Part shown: positions 55,101-64,000 of the stretch, one piece after another
Layout of the letters: every line of letters begins with the position of its first letter
Position numbering within the stretch: position 1 is the first letter of the stretch
NCBI GenBank assembly: GCA_032718475.1
Contig: JAUCBJ010007806.1
Coordinates: 1 to 64,000 of the forward strand
DNA from: Nemertoderma westbladi
Lineage: Eukaryota; Animalia; Xenacoelomorpha
DNA length: 64,000 nucleotides
Direction of reading: 5' to 3'
Notes under the pieces: model-generated
Told to the model about the DNA's origin: nothing
Databases searched by the model: none
What the model saw: only the letters and a program-made list of their open reading frames with translations
Translations under genes and position numbers: made by a program

Positions 55101-58100
55101 TACAACTGTGAAAGTGAAAGTTAGTTATTGCATACGGAATAGCCATACATACAACTGTGAAAGAGAAAAATAGTTATTGCATACGGAATAGCCATACAAC
55201 TGTGAAAGAGAAGATTAGTTATTGCATACGGAATAGACATACAACTGTGAAAGTGAAAGTTAGTTATTGCATACGGAATAGCCATACAACTGTGAAAGTG
55301 AAAGTTAGTTATTGCATACGGAATAGCCATACATACAACTGTGAAAGAGAAAAATAGTTATTGCATACGGAATAGCCATACATACAACTGTGAAAGAGAA
55401 GATTAGTTATTGCATACGGAATAGACATACAACTGTGAAAGTGAAAGTTAGTTATTGCATACGGAATAGCCATACAACTGTGAAAGTGAAAGTTAGTTAT
55501 TGCATACGGAATAGCCATACATACAACTGTGAAAGAGAAGATTAGTTATTGCATACGGAATAGACATACAACTGTGAAAGTGAAAGTTAGTTATTGCATA
55601 CGGAATAGCCATACATACAACTGTGAAAGAGAAAAATAGTTATTGTATACGGAATAGCCATACAACTGTGAAAGAGAAAGTTAGTTATTGCATACGGAAT
55701 AGCCATACAACTGTGAAAGTGAAAGTTAGTTATTGCATACAGAATAGCCATACAACTGTGAAAGAGAAGGTTAGTTATTGCATACGGAATAGCCATACAA
55801 CTGTGAAAGTGAAAGTTAGTTATTGCATACGGAATAGCCATACAACTGTGAAAGTTAGTTATTGCATACGGAATAGCCATACAACTGTGAAAGAGAAGGT
55901 TAGTTATTGCATACGGAATAGCCATACAACTGTGAAAGTGAAAGTTAGTTATTGCATACGGAATAGCCATACAACTGTGAAAGAGAAGGTTAGTTATTGC
56001 ATACGGAATAGTCATACAACTGTGAAAGTGAAAGTTAGTTATTGCATACGGAATAGCCATACAACTGTGAAAGTGAAAGTTAGTTATTGCATACGGAATA
56101 GCCATACATACAACTGTGAAAGAGAAGATTAGTTATTGCATACGGAATAGACATACAACTGTGAAAGTGAAAGTTAGTTATTGCATACGGAATAGCCATA
56201 CATACAACTGTGAAAGAGAAAAATAGTTATTGTATACGGAATAGCCATACAACTGTGAAAGAGAAGGTTAGTTATTGCATACGGAATAGCCATACAACTG
56301 TGAAAGTGAAAGTTAGTTATTGCATACGGAATAGCCATACAACTGTGAAAGAGAAGGTTAGTTATTGCATACGGAATAGCCATACAACTGTGAAAGTGAA
56401 AGTTAGTTATTGCATACGGAATAGCCATACAACTGTGAAAGAGAAGGTTAGTTATTGCATACGGAATAGCCATACATACAACTGTGAAAGAGAAAAATAG
56501 TTATTGCATACGGAATAGCCATACAACTGTGAAAGAGAAGGTTAGTTATTGCATACGGAATAGCCATACAACTGTGAAAGTGAAAGTTAGTTATTGCATA
56601 CGGAATAGCCATACAACTGTGAAAGAGAAGGTTAGTTATTGCATACGGAATAGCCATACATACAACTGTGAAAGAGAAAAATAGTTATTGCATACGGAAT
56701 AGCCATACAACTCGGAAAATGAAAGTTAGTTATTGCATACGGAATAGCCATACAACTGTGAAAGTGAAAGTTAGTTATTGCATACGGAATAGCCATACAT
56801 ACAACCCTGAAAGTGAAAGTTAGTTATTGCATACGGAATAGCCATACATACAACTGTGAAAGAGAAAAATAGTTATTGTATACGGAATAGCCATACAACT
56901 GTGAAAGTGAAAGTTAGTTATTGCATACGGAATAGCCATACAACTGTGAAAGAGAAGAATAGTTATTGCATACGGAATAGCCATACAACTGTGAAAGTGA
57001 AAGTTAGTTATTGCATACGGAATAGCCATACAACTGTGAAAGAGAAAAATAGTTATTACATACGGAATAGCCATACATACAACTGTGAAAGTGAAAGTTA
57101 GTTATTGTATACGGAATAGTCATACAACTGTGAAAGAGAAAGTTAGTTATTGTATACGGAATAGCCATACAACTGTGAAAGTGAAAGTTAGTTATTGCAT
57201 ACGGAATAGCCATACATACAACTGTGAAAGAGAAGGTTAGTTATTGCATACGGAATAGCCATACAACTGTGAAAGTGAAAGTTAGTTATTGCATACGGAA
57301 TAGCCATACAACTGTGAAAGTGAAAGTTAGTTATTGCATACGGAATAGCCATACATACAACTGTGAAAGAGAAGATTAGTTATTGCATACGGAATAGACA
57401 TACAACTGTGAAAGTGAAAGTTAGTTATTGCATACGGAATAGCCATACAACTGTGAAAGTGAAAGTTAGTTATTGCATACGGAATAGCCATACATACAAC
57501 TGTGAAAGAGAAAAATAGTTATTGCATACGGAATAGCCATACAACTCGGAAAATGAAAGTTAGTTATTGCATACGGAATAGCCATACAACTGTGAAAGAG
57601 AAGGTTAGTTATTGCATACGGAATAGACATACAACTGTGAAAGTGAAAGTTAGTTATTGCATACGGAATAGCCATACATACAACTGTGAAAGAGAAAAAT
57701 AGTTATTGTATACGGAATAGCCATACAACTGTGAAAGTGAAAGTTAGTTATTGCATACGGAATAGCCATACAACTGTGAAAGTGAAAGTTAGTTATTGCA
57801 TACGGAATAGCCATACAACTGTGAAAGTGAAGGTTAGTTATTGCATACGGAATAGCCATACAACTGTGAAAGAGAAGGTTAGTTATTGCATACGGAATAG
57901 CCATACAACTGTGAAAGAGAAAAATAGTTATTGTATACGGAATAGCCATACAACTGTGAAAGAGAAGGTTAGTTATTGCATACGGAATAGCCATACAACT
58001 GTGAAAGAGAAAAATAGTTATTGTATACGGAATAGACATACAACTGTGAAAGAGAAAAATAGTTATTGTATACGGAATAGCCATACAACTGTGAAAGTGA

Positions 58101-61100
58101 AAGTTAGTTATTGCATACGGAATAGCCATACATACAACTGTGAAAGAGAAAAATAGTTATTGTATACGGAATAGCCATACAACTGTGAAAGAGAAAAATA
58201 GTTATTGTATACGGAATAGCCATACAACTGTGAAAGAGAAAAATAGTTATTGCATACGGAATAGCCATACAACTCTGAAAGTGAAAGTTAGTTATTGCAT
58301 ACGGAATAGACATACAACTCTGAAAGTGAAAGTTAGTTATTGCACACGGAATAGCCATACAACTGTGAAAGAGAAGGTTAGTTATTGCATACGGAATAGC
58401 CATACAACTGTGAAAGAGAAAAATAGTTATTGTATACGGAATAGACATACAACTGTGAAAGAGAAAAATAGTTATTGTATACGGAATAGCCATACAACTG
58501 TGAAAGAGAAGGTTAGTTATTGCATACGGAATAGCCATACAACTGTGAAAGAGAAAAATAGTTATTGTATACGGAATAGACATACAACTGTGAAAGAGAA
58601 AAATAGTTATTGTATACGGAATAGCCATACAACTGTGAAAGTGAAAGTTAGTTATTGCATACGGAATAGCCATACATACAACTGTGAAAGAGAAAAATAG
58701 TTATTGTATACGGAATAGCCATACAACTGTGAAAGAGAAAAATAGTTATTGTATACGGAATAGCCATACAACTGTGAAAGAGAAAAATAGTTATTGCATA
58801 CGGAATAGCCATACAACTCTGAAAGTGAAAGTTAGTTATTGCATACGGAATAGACATACAACTCTGAAAGTGAAAGTTAGTTATTGCACACGGAATAGCC
58901 ATACAACTGTGAAAGTGAAAGTTAGTTATTGCATACGGAATAGCCATACAACTGTGAAAGTGAAGGTTAGTTATTACATACGGAATAGCCATACAACTGT
59001 GAAAGAGAAAAATAGTTATTGCATACGGAATAGCCATACAACTGTGAAAGAGAAAAATAGTTATTGTATACGGAATAGCCATACAACTGTGAAAGTGAAG
59101 GTTAGTTATTACATACGGAATAGCCATACATACAACTGTGAAAGAGAAAAATAGTTATTGCATACGGAATAGCCATACAACTGTGAAAGAGAAAAATAGT
59201 TATTGTATACGGAATAGCCATACAACTGTGAAAGTGAAGGTTAGTTATTACATACGGAATAGCCATACATACAACTGTGAAAGAGAAAAATAGTTATTGC
59301 ATACGGAATAGCCATACAACTGTGAAAGAGAAAAATAGTTATTGCATACGGAATAGCCATACAACTGTGATAGTGAAAGTTAGTTATTGCATACGGAATA
59401 GACATACAACTGTGAAAGAGAAAAATAGTTATTGTATACGGAATAGCCATACAACTGTGAAAGAGAAAAATAGTTATTGCATACGGAATAGCCATACAAC
59501 TGTGATAGTGAAAGTTAGTTATTGCATACGGAATAGCCATACAACTGTGAAAGTGAAAGTTCGTTATTGCATACGGAATAGCCATACAACTGTGAAAGTG
59601 AAAGTTAGTTATTGCATACGGAATAGCCATACATACAACTGTGAAAGAGAAAAATAGTTATTGTATACGGAATAGCCATACAACTGTGAAAGAGAAAAAT
59701 AGTTATTGCATACGGAATAGCCATACAACTCTGAAAGTGAAAGTTAGTTATTGCATACGGAATAGCCATACAACTGTGAAAGAGAAAAATAGTTATTGTA
59801 TACGGAATAGCCATACAACTGTGAAAGAGAAGGTTAGTTATTGCATACGGAATAGCCATACAACTGTGAAAGTGAAGGTTAGTTATTGCATACGGAATAG
59901 CCTTACAACTGTGAAAGTGAAAGTTAGTTATTGTATACGGAATAGCCATACAACTGTGAAAGAGAAGGTTAGTTATTGCATACGGAATAGCCATACAACT
60001 GTGAAAGTGAAGGTTAGTTATTGCATACGGAATAGCCTTACAACTGTGAAAGTGAAAGTTAGTTATTGCATACGGAATAGCCTTACAACTGTGAAAGTGA
60101 AAGTTAGTTATTGTATACGGAATAGACATACAACTGTGAAAGAGAAAAATAGTTATTGTATACGGAATAGCCATACAACTGTGAAAGAGAAAAATAGTTA
60201 TTGCATACGGAATAGCCATACAACTCTGAAAGTGAAAGTTAGTTATTGCATACGGAATAGACATACAACTGTGAAAGAGAAAAATAGTTATTGTATACGG
60301 AATAGCCATACAACTGTGAAAGAGAAGGTTAGTTATTGCATACGGAATAGCCATACAACTGTGAAAGTGAAGGTTAGTTATTGCATACGGAATAGCCATA
60401 CAACTGTGAAAGAGAAAAATAGTTATTGTATACGGAATAGCCATACAACTGTGAAAGAGAAGGTTAGTTATTGCATACGGAATAGACATACAACTGTGAA
60501 AGTGAAAGTTAGTTATTGTATACGGAATAGCCAAACAACTGTGAAAGAGAAAGTTATTTATTGTATACGGAATAGCTATACAACTGTGAAAGTGAAAGTT
60601 AGTTATTGCATACGGAATAGCCATACAACTGTGAAAGTGAAAGTTAGTTATTGCATACGGAATAGCCATACAACTGTGAAAGAGAAAAATAGTTATTGTA
60701 TACGGAATAGCCATACAACTGTGAAAGTGAAAGTTAGTTATTGCATACGGAATAGCCATACAACTGTGAAAGAGAAAAATAGTTATTGTATACGGAATAG
60801 CCATACAACTGTGAAAGTGAAAGTTAGTTATTGCATACGGAATAGCCATACAACTGTGAAAGAGAAAAATAGTTATTGTATACGGAATAGCCATACAACT
60901 GTGAAAGAGAAAAATAGTTATTGTATACGGAATAGACATACAACTGTGAAAGAGAAAAATAGTTATTGTATACGGAATAGCCATACAACTGTGAAAGTGA
61001 AAGTTAGTTATTGCATACGGAATAGCCATACAACTGTGAAAGAGAAAAATAGTTATTGTATACGGAATAGCCATACAACTGTGAAAGTGAAAGTTAGTTA

Positions 61101-64000
61101 TTGCATACGGAATAGCCATACAACTGTGAAAGAGAAAAATAGTTATTGTATACGGAATAGCCATACAACTGTGAAAGAGAAAAATAGTTATTGTATACGG
61201 AATAGACATACAACTGTGAAAGAGAAGGTTAGTTATTGCATACGGAATAGCCATACAACTGTGAAAGAGAAAAATAGTTATTGTATACGGAATAGCCATA
61301 CAACTGTGAAAGTGAAAGTTAGTTATTGCATACGGAATAGCCATACAACTGTGAAAGAGAAAAATAGTTATTGTATACGGAATAGCCATACAACTGTGAA
61401 AGAGAAAAATAGTTATTGTATACGGAATAGACATACAACTGTGAAAGAGAAGGTTAGTTATTGCATACGGAATAGCCATACAACTGTGAAAGAGAAGGTT
61501 AGTTATTGCATACGGAATAGACATACAACTGTGAAAGAGAAGGTTAGTTATTGCATACGGAATAGCCATACAACTGTGAAAGAGAAAAATAGTTATTGTA
61601 TACGGAATAGCCATACAACTGTGAAAGAGAAAAATAGTTATTGTATACGGAATAGACATACAACTGTGAAAGAGAAGGTTAGTTATTGCATACGGAATAG
61701 CCATACAACTGTGAAAGAGAAAAATAGTTATTGTATACGGAATAGACATACAACTGTGAAAGAGAAGGTTAGTTATTGCATACGGAATAGCCATACAACT
61801 GTGAAAGAGAAAAATAGTTATTGTATACGGAATAGCCATACAACTGTGAAAGAGAAAAATAGTTATTGTATACGGAATAGACATACAACTGTGAAAGAGA
61901 AGGTTAGTTATTGCATACGGAATAGCCATACAACTGTGAAAGAGAAAAATAGTTATTGTATACGGAATAGCCATACAACTGTGAAAGAGAAAAATAGTTA
62001 TTGTATACGGAATAGACATACAACTGTGAAAGAGAAGGTTAGTTATTGCATACGGAATAGACATACAACTGTGAAAGTGAAAAATAGTTATTGTATACGG
62101 AATAGACATACAACTGTGAAAGAGAAGGTTAGTTATTGCATACGGAATAGACATACAACTGTGAAAGTGAAAAATAGTTATTGCATACAGAATAGCCATA
62201 CAACTGTGAAAGAGAAAAATAGTTATTGTATACGGAATAGCCATACAACTGTGAAAGAGAAGGTTAGTTATTGCATACGGAATAGACATACAACTGTGAA
62301 AGTGAAAGTTAGTTATTGTATACGGAATAGCCAAACAACTGTGAAAGAGAAAGTTATTTATTGTATACGGAATAGCTATACAACTGTGAAAGTGAAAGTT
62401 AGTTATTGCATACGGAATAGCCATACAACTGTGAAAGAGAAAAATAGTTATTGTATACGGAATAGCCATACAACTGTGAAAGAGAAAAATAGTTATTGTA
62501 TACGGAATAGCCATACAACTGTGAAAGAGAAAAATAGTTATTGTATACGGAATAGCCATACAACTGTGAAAGTGAAAGTTAGTTATTGTATACGGAATAG
62601 CCATACAACTCTGAAAGTGAAAGTTAGTTATTGCATACGGAATAGACATACAACTGTGAAAGAGAAAAATAGTTATTGTATACGGAATAGCCATACAACT
62701 GTGAAAGAGAAAAATAGTTATTGCATACGGAATAGCCATACAACTGTGAAAGAGAAGGTTAGTTATTGCATACGGAATAGACATACAACTGTGAAAGAGA
62801 AAAATAGTTATTGTATACGGAATAGCCATACAACTGTGAAAGAGAAAAATAGTTATTGCATACGGAATAGCCATACAACTGTGAAAGAGAAGGTTAGTTA
62901 TTGCATACGGAATAGACATACAACTGTGAAAGAGAAAAATAGTTATTGTATACGGAATAGCCATACAACTGTGAAAGAGAAAAATAGTTATTGTATACGG
63001 AATAGCCATACAACTGTGAAAGAGAAGGTTAGTTATTGCATACGGAATAGACATACAACTGTGAAAGAGAAAAATAGTTATTGTATACGGAATAGCCATA
63101 CAACTGTGAAAGAGAAAAATAGTTATTGTATACGGAATAGCCATACAACTGTGAAAGAGAAAAATAGTTATTGTATACGGAATAGACATACAACTGTGAA
63201 AGAGAAAAATAGTTATTGCATACGGAATAGCCATACAACTGTGAAAGAGAAGGTTAGTTATTGCATACGGAATAGACATACAACTGTGAAAGAGAAAAAT
63301 AGTTATTGTATACGGAATAGCCATACATACAACTGTGAAAGAGAAGGTTAGTTATTGCATACGGAATAGACATACAACTGTGAAAGAGAAAAATAGTTAT
63401 TGTATACGGAATAGCCATACAACTGTGAAAGAGAAAAATAGTTATTGTATACGGAATAGACATACAACTGTGAAAGAGAAAAATAGTTATTGCATACGGA
63501 ATAGCCATACAACTGTGAAAGAGAAGGTTAGTTATTGCATACGGAATAGACATACAACTGTGAAAGAGAAAAATAGTTATTGTATACGGAATAGCCATAC
63601 AACTGTGAAAGAGAAAAATAGTTATTGTATACGGAATAGCCATACAACTGTGAAAGAGAAGGTTAGTTATTGCATACGGAATAGCCATACAACTGTGAAA
63701 GAGAAAAATAGTTATTGTATACGGAATAGCCATACATACAACTGTGAAAGAGAAGGTTAGTTATTGCATACGGAATAGACATACAACTGTGAAAGAGAAA
63801 AATAGTTATTGTATACGGAATAGCCATACAACTGTGAAAGAGAAGGTTAGTTATTGCATACGGAATAGCCATACAACTGTGAAAGAGAAAAATAGTTATT
63901 GTATACGGAATAGCCATACAACTGTGAAAGAGAAAAATAGTTATTGTATACGGAATAGCCATACAACTGTGAAAGTGAAAGTTAGTTATTGCATACGGAA
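22176..64000. repeat. 45-bp satellite DNA array, >41.8 kb, ~925 monomers, open at window end
   Basis: Consensus CATACGGAATAGCCATACAACTGTGAAAGTGAAAGTTAGTTATTG, uninterrupted and head-to-tail. 49-bp variants (ATAC duplication) and domain-specific substitutions occur. Confidence 0.99.

Noticed and set aside
22024-63962. Very long ORFs on both strands (MAIPYAITNFHFHSC)n and (VKVKVSYCIRNSHTT)n
   Set aside because: Expected from a 45-bp period (a multiple of 3) with one stop-free frame per strand. They are repeatedly broken by 4-bp and 1-bp indels and lack any unique domain, so there is no sign of coding selection.
22176-64000. CRISPR-like array
   Set aside because: Head-to-tail monomers with no unique spacers, no cas genes, and a eukaryotic context.
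22176-64000. Monomer as a hammerhead ribozyme or retrozyme (CTGTGA...GAAA)
   Set aside because: Lacks the CTGANGA core and stem II.

Overview
AT-rich animal (probably invertebrate) nuclear DNA; no prokaryotic genes, rRNA, tRNA or CRISPR seen. The first ~22 kb is a mosaic of transposons. It holds the 5' end (candidate LTR plus gag-like ORF) of an LTR retrotransposon, a decayed LINE, and an inverted-repeat (foldback/MITE-like) structure with 31-bp minisatellite arms that encloses an RTE LINE and a near full-length RTE-X-like LINE. It also holds the last two coding exons of a minus-strand Ig-FN3-TM receptor with a tyrosine-rich tail (nephrin/sidestep/echinoid-like). From ~22.18 kb to the window end is a >41.8-kb array of a 45-bp satellite (~925 copies), which by gene geometry probably lies in an intron of that receptor. 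Read in the gene's sense, the consensus monomer spells branchpoint (ACTAAC), pyrimidine tract, CAG acceptor and GT donor(s), and most common variants keep or improve these signals. On the other strand it carries an IRF/ISRE-type GAAAGTGAAAGT motif. The long repeat ORFs in the array are treated as artefacts of the 45-bp period.
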